Of a DNA stretch of 64,000 nucleotides, positions 1 through 9,800 are shown one piece after another. How positions within the stretch are numbered: position 1 is the first letter of the stretch; each line of letters begins with the position of its first letter. The DNA is from a virus. The position numbers and the translations under genes are program-made. The stretch covers positions 50,076-114,075 of the IMG/VR virus record IMGVR_UViG_3300045988_122291; one strand, 5' to 3'. A model generated the notes under the pieces. The model did no database searches, was not told where the DNA came from, and saw nothing but the letters and a program-made list of their open reading frames with translations.

Positions 1-9
1 CCATGAAAG

Positions 10-294
10 TTATACCTTTTCGTATGTTTTCTCGAACACATCCGGCTTGCAGGGGTAAAACTCACCGTTTACACCCTTGATGATGTAGTCACCGATTTCA
101 GCGTATATTATGCCCTCAAGGCTGTCGATGAGTAATCTCCACTCCGTGGTACGTCCTTCCGTGTCTTGCCGGGCGGGAGTAAAAAACGCACCGTGAGTGC
201 AGAAAGTACGGATTTCCTCTCGGTTCTCACCTGTCCACTGGACAGCTTTGATAACCACGGGCTTCTTACGATATTTCATAACCATTTTCTTCAC
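10..294 (-). CDS. hypothetical phage protein (94 aa)
   Basis: Intact ORF in packed same-strand array; 4-nt overlap with upstream ORF; no nameable motif. Confidence 0.55.
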   Translation of the reverse strand: MKKMVMKYRKKPVVIKAVQWTGENREEIRTFCTHGAFFTPARQDTEGRTTEWRLLIDSLEGIIYAEIGDYIIKGVNGEFYPCKPDVFEKTYEKV

Positions 295-488
295 TCTCCA
301 AAAATCATAATATATTTAGTTCCATGTTCGGGGTCATGCTTGCGTAACCAATCCTTAAATTCCTTGTCAGTAGAACAACGATACATCATATTTTGTATTT
401 CGTTCAAGTTTTGACGAATTGTGTCAAGGTCTTTGCGAACGCCGTTGATTAAAATTAAAATATCATTGCAAGATTTTAGGTTGACCAT
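291..488 (-). CDS. hypothetical protein (65 aa)
   Basis: Same-strand ORF, stop overlaps start of 10..294. Confidence 0.5.
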   Translation of the reverse strand: MVNLKSCNDILILINGVRKDLDTIRQNLNEIQNMMYRCSTDKEFKDWLRKHDPEHGTKYIMIFGE

Positions 489-648
489 GTTTCTTTTTCC
501 TCTCGCTGTTTTTCTCTTTCCAGTAGCTCTAAAAGAATAGTATAAAGCGCTACATCTCGTGAGCTATATGCGTGATTTGTTCCTCGAATTGGTTCGGGCT
601 TTAAGTATTCCTTACATTCTTTGATAGCTTCGTTAATTGTCAATTATA

Positions 649-873
649 TCACTCCTTTCTAATATCAATACCAGCGTATCTTAGAATATCGTATAAATCT
701 TCGCTTAAATTGCCCACATAATCGCCATTTTCATCATAAAAGCTGTATGAAGTATAAGGCTTTGCTGTGATACCAGTGGCATCATACAACTTAGTGAAAA
801 ACACTTCGTCAACGCCATCGTATTCAAGATAGTCGTTTAATTCATTGAATTGCTTTTGAGAGATTGTTCTCAT
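649..873 (-). CDS. hypothetical protein (74 aa)
   Basis: Same-strand ORF; 4-nt overlap with 870..1115. Confidence 0.5.
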   Translation of the reverse strand: MRTISQKQFNELNDYLEYDGVDEVFFTKLYDATGITAKPYTSYSFYDENGDYVGNLSEDLYDILRYAGIDIRKE

Positions 874-1115
874 TCTAATTCCTCCTGCAAGTCCATATTC
901 ACTGTTTCAGTACCACAAGCGTTCGGCTGTACCTTATACTCAAAGCCATACTGTTTCTCATAACCTTGCAACACACCTTCGATAGCTTCATAGCCTGTAT
1001 CGAACCTATGAACATCATGGTTTGCCTTGTCAATTAGCTGTTCTGGGTCAATTTCATCTTCACATTCAACAATGTGATAGTGCTTAGTTAGTTCAACAAT
1101 TAGATACTTAGCCAT
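870..1115 (-). CDS. hypothetical protein (81 aa)
   Basis: Same-strand ORF; overlap-coupled to neighbours. Confidence 0.5.
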   Translation of the reverse strand: MAKYLIVELTKHYHIVECEDEIDPEQLIDKANHDVHRFDTGYEAIEGVLQGYEKQYGFEYKVQPNACGTETVNMDLQEELE

Positions 1116-1305
1116 TGGTTTTCTCCTTTAGTGCGTCGATAATATTAGCAATTCCCTTTGCACAATCTTCGCACACCTCTGGATAATTCCTCGTGTGTGG
1201 AGCACGGCACATTCTATTTTTGCTAATAATCGTAATATTATATACGTTTACTTGCTCAAGTGCAGACAGTTCCTTACCGCATACGTCACAAAAACATTTA
1301 ACCAT
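1108..1305 (-). CDS. small zinc-ribbon protein (65 aa)
   Basis: Two CxxC pairs (CDVCGK, CEDCAK); start moved to ATG 1305 behind AAAGGAGAAAACCA SD (ORF track starts at 1428 without SD). Confidence 0.5.
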   Translation of the reverse strand: MVKCFCDVCGKELSALEQVNVYNITIISKNRMCRAPHTRNYPEVCEDCAKGIANIIDALKEKTNG

Positions 1306-1561
1306 TGGTTTTCTCCTTTCCATCTTTAATCGGATATTTTTGGAACATATTATATTGCCAAAACTCATTAACTGGACATAGATACATTGGTGTTTTGAAG
1401 ATATAAAACATTTCACCAGTATTTTCATCTAAAGCAAAATGACTATGCTCATTCCAAATTAACTTAAATTGTTTGCCGAATTGTTCTTTTAGCCATTCTT
1501 CTTTAATCTTGTTTTTGCCATGATTTTCGCCCACTCGTGGCTGATATTTAAACCTTTTCAT
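1298..1561 (-). CDS. hypothetical protein (87 aa)
   Basis: ATG 1561 behind AGAGGA SD; 8-nt overlap with next gene. Confidence 0.45.
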   Translation of the reverse strand: MKRFKYQPRVGENHGKNKIKEEWLKEQFGKQFKLIWNEHSHFALDENTGEMFYIFKTPMYLCPVNEFWQYNMFQKYPIKDGKEKTNG

Positions 1562-1572
1562 TTTAATCCTCT

Positions 1573-1863
1573 CTAATTTCGCATACATCCCATTGTTCTA
1601 TCTACAACTTCTTCAACTTGATACTGAATGATTTTTGCGATTGGAACATTTCTATAAAGAATGAAATGTGCAATTTCGTTGTTATCGCACTTGTTGCATA
1701 AATCTTTAACTGCTTCTTCTTGTGTATTAAATTCACATGAGCAAATATGTCCTTTAGTAATATTTACAAAAGAATATTTTTTAGTAAATTTATGTTGCAT
1801 AATCGTACACACACATTTAGTATCATCATTCTTTGTCACAACAATTATTGGCAGGAAAACCAT
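1573..1863 (-). CDS. hypothetical Cys-rich protein (96 aa)
   Basis: Same-strand ORF in array. Confidence 0.5.
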   Translation of the reverse strand: MVFLPIIVVTKNDDTKCVCTIMQHKFTKKYSFVNITKGHICSCEFNTQEEAVKDLCNKCDNNEIAHFILYRNVPIAKIIQYQVEEVVDRTMGCMRN

Positions 1864-1896
1864 TATTTACACCTCTTTTAATTGATTGATTATATT

Positions 1897-2634
1897 TTAC
1901 CTTACATCAATCGCTTTGTCAATACGCTCTTTGGCGATTTCAAAATAATTTTCATCAAGCTCCATACCGATGAAATTACGATTTGTGTTGACGCAAGCTA
2001 CGCCTGTACTGCCAGACCCCATACAGTTGTCGAGAACGGTCATTCCTTCGTTGGTATAAGTTTTAATCAGCCATTCAAGTAGGGCTACTGGCTTCTGAGT
2101 GGGATGTAAAGCACATTTTTGTTTATCAGTTGAAAACGTTAATACGCTTGTAGGAAATCGTTCTGTACTATCATAAGTAGTTAAATTATACTCTCCATAA
2201 TCTAATGTTTTAATACAGTTGCGTTTTTGATTTGCGGTGCTTGTTTTCCTTTGATGTCCGGTAGTTTTTTGAGGATTATATACTGGCAATTTTTTATAAA
2301 AACAACATATATTTTCATGCGCTCTTAATGGCATACGATTAGCATTAAGAAATCCTGTTGGAGTGGTTTTGTGCCAAATTAGATTATAACGCCACATTTT
2401 CTTATTACTGTTCATTAAATCAGCCATAAACAAGCCGTCAGCAAATAACGCAATCATTCCATGTTCTTTAATAATCCTATTATATTGTTTCCATAAAGCG
2501 TCTAAAGGAAGAACCGTATCCCATTTGTTTCTGGCTGTGATTCCATAAGGCAAATCACATAGAATCATATCCACCGACTGGGAGGGGATATGGGGCATAA
2601 GTTCAAGGCAATCGCCATTCTTAATATCAATCAT
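1897..2634 (-). CDS. DNA methyltransferase (N6-adenine/N4-cytosine, beta class)
   Basis: N-terminal catalytic ILCDLPYG (DPPY-type) motif and C-terminal SAM motif LDNCMGSGSTGVAC. Confidence 0.85.
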   Translation of the reverse strand: MIDIKNGDCLELMPHIPSQSVDMILCDLPYGITARNKWDTVLPLDALWKQYNRIIKEHGMIALFADGLFMADLMNSNKKMWRYNLIWHKTTPTGFLNANRMPLRAHENICCFYKKLPVYNPQKTTGHQRKTSTANQKRNCIKTLDYGEYNLTTYDSTERFPTSVLTFSTDKQKCALHPTQKPVALLEWLIKTYTNEGMTVLDNCMGSGSTGVACVNTNRNFIGMELDENYFEIAKERIDKAIDVR

Positions 2635-2647
2635 GTTTGTTCTCTCC

Positions 2648-3112
2648 TTAGTTAATCTCTCTAAAATCCGTAATTACAGGGTCTCCACACCCATGCTCAT
2701 AAAACTTATGCACATAGAAGAAATATGTGTTAAGCGCATCTTTGACCTTATAAATGATATTAAAGTGCGTATTAAAATCCCAATCTGTCGGCTCACAAGC
2801 CATGTCTACCTTATACCAGTCCTTGGCAAATACTTCGGCGTGTTCTTCAAGCCAGTCTGGTGTGATTTCTTTTACACAGCAAGCATCATAAGAAAAACCT
2901 ATATCTTTAGACCGAGAATGAACTACGGTATAAGAAGTGTATTCATCATCACTGTTTTTCGTAACCGTGCAAATATGTCCCCAGTCACCTATGCGGCGAG
3001 AAACGCCCAAAATTTTCGCATGGTCAGGAAAGAAGTTTACAAACCCTTCATGCTTTTTGGCTTCTTTCAGCGCTTCAATCCACGGTTTGATGTATACTTT
3101 CATAGTTTCCAT
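2648..3112 (-). CDS. hypothetical protein (154 aa)
   Basis: Intact ORF with SD GGAGG upstream. Confidence 0.6.
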   Translation of the reverse strand: METMKVYIKPWIEALKEAKKHEGFVNFFPDHAKILGVSRRIGDWGHICTVTKNSDDEYTSYTVVHSRSKDIGFSYDACCVKEITPDWLEEHAEVFAKDWYKVDMACEPTDWDFNTHFNIIYKVKDALNTYFFYVHKFYEHGCGDPVITDFREIN

Positions 3113-3121
3113 AATTAAAAA

Positions 3122-3168
3122 CCTCCTTGATTTGATACTATTGTACCATTATCAAGGAGGTCTGTCAA
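3122..3168 (-). promoter_or_regulatory. sigma-A-type promoter nested in a terminator-like hairpin (module A)
   Basis: Minus strand TTGACA (3168-3163) N17 TACAAT (3145-3140). Spacer carries CCTCCTTGAT (3160-3151), complementary to the SD arm ATCAAGGAGG (3131-3122), which is followed by TTTTT and ATG 3112. Confidence 0.6.
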
Positions 3169-3185
3169 GCATTTATTTTAAGTTT

Positions 3186-3542
3186 TTAGAGAGAATTATA
3201 GCCAGAATTTTGTTTAACCAAATCTTGAATACCTTCTGACAGCACTTCATACATCATTTCTGCGTCATCAGTTGTCCAATATTCATCACGAATCCTGTAT
3301 TTAACCACACAATCTACGCCATAATTTGTTAGAGCATCTTTGAATTGCTTCGCTAATTCTTTGCCATATACTGCTGGTTCGCCCATAATGGTTTTCACGC
3401 CATCCTTAGGCACAGAAACATAGTATGTTCCAGACAGTGAAGCGGTATAGTTACTGGGTTCTTGCTGTATATAAAGCCCCATTATATATGTTTTTACGAT
3501 AGTGGAAGTAAGTTCTAAATCTTTTTGTTGCTTTTCGTTCAT
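3186..3542 (-). CDS. hypothetical protein (118 aa)
   Basis: Intact ORF directly downstream of the helicase gene. Confidence 0.6.
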   Translation of the reverse strand: MNEKQQKDLELTSTIVKTYIMGLYIQQEPSNYTASLSGTYYVSVPKDGVKTIMGEPAVYGKELAKQFKDALTNYGVDCVVKYRIRDEYWTTDDAEMMYEVLSEGIQDLVKQNSGYNSL

Positions 3543-3545
3543 TGC

Positions 3546-5774
3546 TTAGTCCTCCTTCAACATATCTTTCAGCCAAGTATCTCGTGTAGTTTCTTCTTGC
3601 ACTTTCAGGGCATCTCTCAGCACATCTGTATCACTAATAACAATTAGCTTATCACGAGAGCGTGTCATAGCTACATAGCACAAGTTACGAGATAGTAGAC
3701 GTTTATGTGACTGGTCGGCAAGGAAAATTACTGCCTTTGCACTCGACCCTTGGCTCTTGTGTGTAGAAATACAATAACCCAGAATCAAGTTTCTAAGGTC
3801 AGCACCTTCATAGACACCGTAGCCGTTCTCAAATTCGACAATAAGCGCATACCCTTTATCAGTTTCCATAACTTCGCGCACATAACCAATATCACCATTC
3901 ATTACTTCGATAGGGAAAGAAGGGCTAAAAGAACCTTCATCATTCAGCGCAACAGCGGTCATGCGATAATTGTTCTTAGTGTTTAGTACCTTATCGCCCC
4001 ACTTAAACTGAATCTTACCACCCTTGTTGTTATCTTCATATTCAACAGGCGTATAGTCCTTATCGTTGAAATGTGCTTGGATAGCACGATTGATTGCTAC
4101 TGAGCCAGCTTCACCCTTGTTAAACGGCGAAAGAATCATAATATCGTCCTTAGTATATCCTTCATCGAGCAAATGCTGATATTCTGTCATCGCTTGCTTA
4201 ATAGGATTTGAAATCGGCTCAAACTCATAATCGTCATACTTTTCTGCTATATGGTCAATATTACCGTTACGAGTATCAGTTGCAATCGTGATTAGACCGC
4301 TTGTAGAATAGCGAAAAATCTTATTTAGACTTGCCACTGGTACAATTCCACTATTGATAACATCAACGATAAAATTGCCACATTGAATAGATGCTAACTG
4401 TGCAGGGTCACATACAAATACAAGTTTGCATTTATAGCCAACCTTCTTGAGAAGTTGTGCCATAAGGTGTACGCTTACCATTGAACTCTCGTCCACAATA
4501 ACAACACCACGATACTGCATACACTGACCTTCTTGTTCATCCATGCTATGCTGTGCAAGAAAACGATGAATAGTAGAAGCCTTACGCCCTGTGCTATTAG
4601 CCAATACTTTACTTGCAATACCAGTAGGTGCTAATAACATATAGTCTGCGCACATATCTTCCAACATACGAACAAGCGCTTTGGTAGACGCTGACTTACC
4701 CGAACCACTATAACCACGAAGGACACAAATATTCTGCTCCCAAGTATTATACAGCACTTGCATCTGCTCGTCAGTACACTTAAAGCCGTCAACTTCTCTG
4801 AACTTTTCAAAGTCTGGCTTGCTCATAGTGTATTCTGTTTCAAAGATATTGCCTTGTAGCAGTCTATCTTTAATATGTTTTGTAATCGTTTCTTCAGCTT
4901 CATAAGTGTCAATCAACGCCGAATAACCAGTAGTTTCATCATGATGAATAAAACGACAACCGTTTACTACTTCTGGAATATGCTCTTTGCATTCTGGAAT
5001 CATTTCTTCTGCCATATAACCGAGAACTTCTGCTTCAATGCGTGTATCACCTTCAAGTTCGTTCTCATGTAGAATATTAACACAGCCATATTCACAGCGA
5101 AGTTTGCTGTTTTTTAGGTCAGGATAGCGTTTCAACACTTCTCTATCACTCTTAGCAAACGACCAGTTAATAACATCGTGATAAATACGGTAAGGATTTT
5201 CTTCAAAGTCTTGCTGAAGCAGTTCTGGACTCGCGTATTTGTCCGAAAGTTTCTGTACATCTTTGTCTTGCGTGATACCCAGTTCAGCACAAACGGGGAA
5301 GAAAAGAATGGATTCAAGGTTCTTCTTAATTTTGTCAATATACATTTCAACACGAACCTTGCCTACGTTGTAAATGTTATGATAATCAATATTTTTTTCT
5401 TCACCGCGAAGCACCATTTGAACAAAATGAGGATATGCTTCATGCACACGTTCAGCTTGAATATACTCCATCATCGTGCTTAGAATAGATATTTCTTTTT
5501 CTTCTTCAACTACAATCTCGTCTTTCTCCATCTTTAGACCCGGATAACCGACAAGAATATAACTTGCTGGACGTTTGGCGTTCTGATTAGGACGAATAGT
5601 AATTTCAACTTCATCACCTTCCTTAAAACCAAACAGATTGCTACCAGAGATAGAGAAACCACCCCACTTATCAAGTTCCATATTATAGTTTCCAATGGGT
5701 TTACAGCCCAAAATACGGAACTCATCAAGATAATTGACGAATACTTGCTTTCTAATTTTGCATTTAACGTCCAT
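3546..5774 (-). CDS. SF1 DNA helicase, RecD/Dda-like
   Basis: Walker A GYSGSGKS, Walker B VVIVDESSM, TIHRFL, C-terminal STHKSQGSSAKAV; start set at ATG 5774 behind GGAGG (ORF track: 5834). Confidence 0.85.
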   Translation of the reverse strand: MDVKCKIRKQVFVNYLDEFRILGCKPIGNYNMELDKWGGFSISGSNLFGFKEGDEVEITIRPNQNAKRPASYILVGYPGLKMEKDEIVVEEEKEISILSTMMEYIQAERVHEAYPHFVQMVLRGEEKNIDYHNIYNVGKVRVEMYIDKIKKNLESILFFPVCAELGITQDKDVQKLSDKYASPELLQQDFEENPYRIYHDVINWSFAKSDREVLKRYPDLKNSKLRCEYGCVNILHENELEGDTRIEAEVLGYMAEEMIPECKEHIPEVVNGCRFIHHDETTGYSALIDTYEAEETITKHIKDRLLQGNIFETEYTMSKPDFEKFREVDGFKCTDEQMQVLYNTWEQNICVLRGYSGSGKSASTKALVRMLEDMCADYMLLAPTGIASKVLANSTGRKASTIHRFLAQHSMDEQEGQCMQYRGVVIVDESSMVSVHLMAQLLKKVGYKCKLVFVCDPAQLASIQCGNFIVDVINSGIVPVASLNKIFRYSTSGLITIATDTRNGNIDHIAEKYDDYEFEPISNPIKQAMTEYQHLLDEGYTKDDIMILSPFNKGEAGSVAINRAIQAHFNDKDYTPVEYEDNNKGGKIQFKWGDKVLNTKNNYRMTAVALNDEGSFSPSFPIEVMNGDIGYVREVMETDKGYALIVEFENGYGVYEGADLRNLILGYCISTHKSQGSSAKAVIFLADQSHKRLLSRNLCYVAMTRSRDKLIVISDTDVLRDALKVQEETTRDTWLKDMLKED

Positions 5775-5845
5775 ATAAATAAGACCTCCGTTCTTGCGAT
5801 TATTGTACCACAGAACGAAGGTCTTGTCAAGCATTTTATTCGGTT

Positions 5846-6031
5846 TTATTCTTCTTCTCGACTAAATTGTTCAATCCAGTCGATGTAATTATTATAACCG
5901 CACCAAGGGCAATAAGCTACGCGATAGTGTATAAGAGAGAACCAATTATCCTTAACTTTCCAATCAATCGTATCTTCATCGACTTCAAAGCGCTTATGAC
6001 AGCCTTGGCAGTTTAGCTTTAGAATAGCCAT
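5846..6031 (-). CDS. small zinc-ribbon protein (61 aa)
   Basis: CQGC ... CPWC pairs. Confidence 0.5.
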   Translation of the reverse strand: MAILKLNCQGCHKRFEVDEDTIDWKVKDNWFSLIHYRVAYCPWCGYNNYIDWIEQFSREEE

Positions 6032-6033
6032 AA

Positions 6034-6372
6034 TTACACCTCTTGGTCTACAATCTCGACAATCTCTTGCAAAGCGTCTAAAGCAGTTTGAGATTGACGA
6101 ACTCTCCCCAGTCCAGAAATGCGCTGAACAATTTCCTTAATGTCTATAAGAGCACGTTGAGCCGATTCAAGGTTTGCTTCATAAGATTCAAGTTCGTATT
6201 TAGTAGCGTCTAAATCGTTTTGAACGTTAATAGGTTCTATGCAATTCTTGAGTTCTCTAAGAAAATCACCGCCCATATATTGATGAATATAATAGTAGCA
6301 ATCTTCAAGGTCTTGAATAATTGCTTGACCACCATTCTTAATTGGTGTTACTGTCAATCTCTTCACCTCCAT
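6034..6372 (-). CDS. hypothetical protein (112 aa)
   Basis: Intact same-strand ORF. Confidence 0.55.
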   Translation of the reverse strand: MEVKRLTVTPIKNGGQAIIQDLEDCYYYIHQYMGGDFLRELKNCIEPINVQNDLDATKYELESYEANLESAQRALIDIKEIVQRISGLGRVRQSQTALDALQEIVEIVDQEV

Positions 6373-6506
6373 TCATCTTTTCGCGGAGAACAAAACAATA
6401 TATCAATCAAAGATACTTTTCCGTCGCCATAAGTGGCGCATTTCTTCAACTGGCAAGTTTTACTCACTTTGTTGTAATAGATACAGTCTTTACACTGATT
6501 TCGCAT
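6363..6506 (-). CDS. small Cys-rich protein (47 aa)
   Basis: ATG 6506 shares the A of the TAA stop of 6506..6859 (TAATG); CKDC...C...C pattern. Confidence 0.35.
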   Translation of the reverse strand: MRNQCKDCIYYNKVSKTCQLKKCATYGDGKVSLIDILFCSPRKDEWR

Positions 6507-6859
6507 TATTCTGTTCCTCCTTTCATTTTTGCCCCGCAGTTGGGGCAATAAGGCTTGCCGTACTCTTGCGAAAAATTCCGACAATGGGTGCATTGCTCTT
6601 CATAGTTTCCTGTTTCCAGATTGAACCGTCCCGCGCCCCATTCTCCATACACTACTGGCGCAACGTCAGAAACATTTTGGCATTCCTCCAAACACCTCAA
6701 AGCCTTACGAATACCCCCACGCATCGACATACCATGTGCATCCGGTTTTTCGAGCATAAGTTCATACGTTGCGGCAGGAACAGTCAGTGGAATGCTATCT
6801 CTGACTTCCAATAACTTGTTCTTATATTCTTCATAGTTAATCAGTTTCATTGCTTTCAC
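6506..6859 (-). CDS. hypothetical zinc-ribbon protein (117 aa)
   Basis: CTHC ... CPNC near C-terminus; abuts dnaE stop. Confidence 0.55.
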   Translation of the reverse strand: MKAMKLINYEEYKNKLLEVRDSIPLTVPAATYELMLEKPDAHGMSMRGGIRKALRCLEECQNVSDVAPVVYGEWGAGRFNLETGNYEEQCTHCRNFSQEYGKPYCPNCGAKMKGGTE

Positions 6860-9800
6860 CTATTCCTCCTTCGGCTCATAACCGTATCTGTAACTTTGTA
6901 ACTCCATTGTACCATCATCTTCATTGATTGTCAAGATTTTTTGTAACTTGTGAGGGAAAATGCTGTTCTTGTAAGACTTGACACGGAACGTATCTTCACT
7001 GCGATAACCAGTAAGTACAAGACCCTGACCACGAGTAAACCAGCTTGTGTCCATGACAGTCTTTGTGCCGTCTGCGTGCTGTTCGCTAAATTGGGCTTTG
7101 TAAAATGGATAACTATGATTGTCGAAACGAGCCTGTACTACGTTGTTATTAGAATCAAGTACAGTAATAGTTGAATGAGCATCATTTCTTGCTATCACTG
7201 TACCCATAATTCGACTAAGCTGATACTGTCGCCATTCACGCTTGCCGTACTTCTTAGTAACAAACACTGGCTCAGTAGGCAACTTATCAAATGTAGTAAC
7301 ATTGTATCTATCAGCGTCAATGCAAGTCAATTCATGCTCATTAGAGTAATAGGACAGTGCTTCAAAACTCCAATGATTAACGTTCATGTTAGGCAACTTA
7401 TCACGCATACGAGCCTTGATAGATTGTTCGTTATACATCTTTAGGAACTCTGGCTGGTTAATATAAGCCTTTAGTTCTTCAGTGACGTTCTTGAATAGCT
7501 TCTCAAGCGACTTATCTACAACAAGGGTTCTGCCTTCCTCATCATACCACCAATCTACATTTTCTTCAAGTTGACTACGACACATTGAATCGAAGAAAAC
7601 TAATGCTCGTTCGTCAAGCCAATAGATTTTCTTTGATTTGAACTTGGGGTGTGTACCATAGAGGAATTGCTTTGAGCAAACGTATTTTTTGAAGGCAAGT
7701 GGCATGATAAGAGTGTTGGGTAGCTTACAGCCAATGCGTTGTAATTCAGCTAAATTAGCAGTGGTAAGCGTTTGTTTGCGAGGGGTAGAAAGGGCGAAGT
7801 ACGCTTGCATGACGCGCATACGGTCAGGACAGAACTCATCAAAACAACCAGCCTTGATTAGTTGGATAAACTTGGATGGCGTGATAAGCGTACCTTGGTA
7901 TGAGTTGCGTGTATAGAAGTCACGGAAAGAAGTGTAGGGGCGGTTTGCGATAATTTGTTGAGCAATTTCTGCGTTAATGGATGAAATACCGCCTAAACCG
8001 AAAAGAATAGTGTTATTTGCTTCATCAACGCCAAAAGACATTTCTGCATGATTAGCTGGTGGTGGAGCAACAGCAATACCATTTTCTTTAGCTTTATATA
8101 CAGAGCCAGCAATTTTACCATAGTCCGTAGTATTAGCCACATTATCACGTTCATCTTCTACGCCAGCTTGAGTAATTACAACAGCGGCGTTCCAATAAAT
8201 CTTAGGGAACTTATAGTAAAGATTTAGTTCTTGCAAACATTCGGTGCTGTACTCGTTTGAATGGCTAAAGTCGAAGGCGTAAGATTTGGACATTTCAATT
8301 TGCACTTTCCATAGATAGTCAAGAAAAGCCTTGGTTCTGCCACATTCTGCGCCCTTACGGTACAATCTTTCTTCGGTTTCAGCAAGTGCTTCAGCATTTT
8401 TCTTCGCAACTGCCTTACGCGCCTTATCCGATTCTTTTAGATTGAAGTTACATACACGCTCATCCATTAACACGCTCATCATGGTACTTTGAGCAATCAT
8501 AAGACCGCAGTAGTTGCCAAGTAGTTCTTTAAGGATTTCTTGTTCTTCTTGTGGAATACCATAATTGGTCATATCTTGATACCATTCATTGATATTCTTG
8601 CGATAGCGAACATACATATCCATAGGCTGTTCACCATCAGCAACAGCAAGACGCATTAGACCGTTGGCAAGCGTAAGTTCAGTAAGATTCTGAGCACCGA
8701 TTTTACGTAATGCTTCTTTGCCAGCCTTAGAGTCATACTGAAACGCAGAAGCCATAGTAGGCAACAAGTCCCACATTTCTTTTGTTGTCTTATCAAGTTT
8801 GTCATAAGACAAGTAATAATTGTAAGTATCTCTGAGCGAACCCTTATCTTCAATTTTACCGTTCTTTAACAGTAGTTCCATGCACGTTCTAATGGTTTGT
8901 AGACAGTCGATGGATAGCAGGTCGAACTTGAGGTCGCCCGCATATTCAGCGTCATGCAAGTTAAATTGACTGCATACTGCACCGTTAGAAGATACCATGT
9001 AGCTACCTGTTTCTGTGTAATCGCCTTGAAGCACGTTAAGTGCGCCAGCGTGAACGCCAGAAGAAACAATCATACCTTCAAACGCAAGCGCAGTTTCAAG
9101 CAAGTCGTCATACTTCTTTACTTCTGCGACAAATTCTGGCACGGGTGCTCTGCCCTTCTTTTCATTGCCATATAAGCAATCTTTAAGAGAATAAATAGAG
9201 CCACGGACAGTAGGAATCAAAGACTTAATATATCCTACAGTATCAGAAGAAATACCCAATCCAGTTGCGGCACGTTCAAGTGCTGTTTTTGCAGACAACC
9301 TACCCCAAGTTACGCATTGGCAAGTTCTGCGCCAACCAAAATAGTCTTTAATAGCTTGAATAATTCGCTCTTTCTTAAAACTTTGAATATCAATATCACA
9401 ATCGAAAATGCTTTCCGAACGAGCAATAGAACAGAAACGCCACCAAGGGTAAAATTCTTTCGTTTCTGGGAGCATAGGGTCAATACCAGTGATGTTCAAT
9501 AACTTATTAGTAAGATAGCAACCAGCCGAACCACGACCAATGCCAACATAACTATCGCCTTCAGTCCAAATAAGGTCTACTACCTTTTGCACAACAGTAA
9601 AATAATCTGCCATACATTCACCATCAAATGCTTCACCCAATCCTTTAACTTGCTCCATTTCAATGTTAATCTGAGCAAGATATTCTTTAATGTTCACTGG
9701 ATGAATATTATTGTATTCGTACAGTCCTTTTTCTACTTGATAATAGTAGTATCGTTCATTAAGCGTACCTTCAGTAGCATAATATTTCACAAAAGGAAAT

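Noticed and set aside
1108-1320. A shared C-terminal peptide KEKTNG in two adjacent ORFs, considered as a conserved domain.
   Set aside because: It comes from a repeated SD-overlap sequence (AAGGAGAAAACCAATGG) read in frame at two gene junctions, not from a protein motif.
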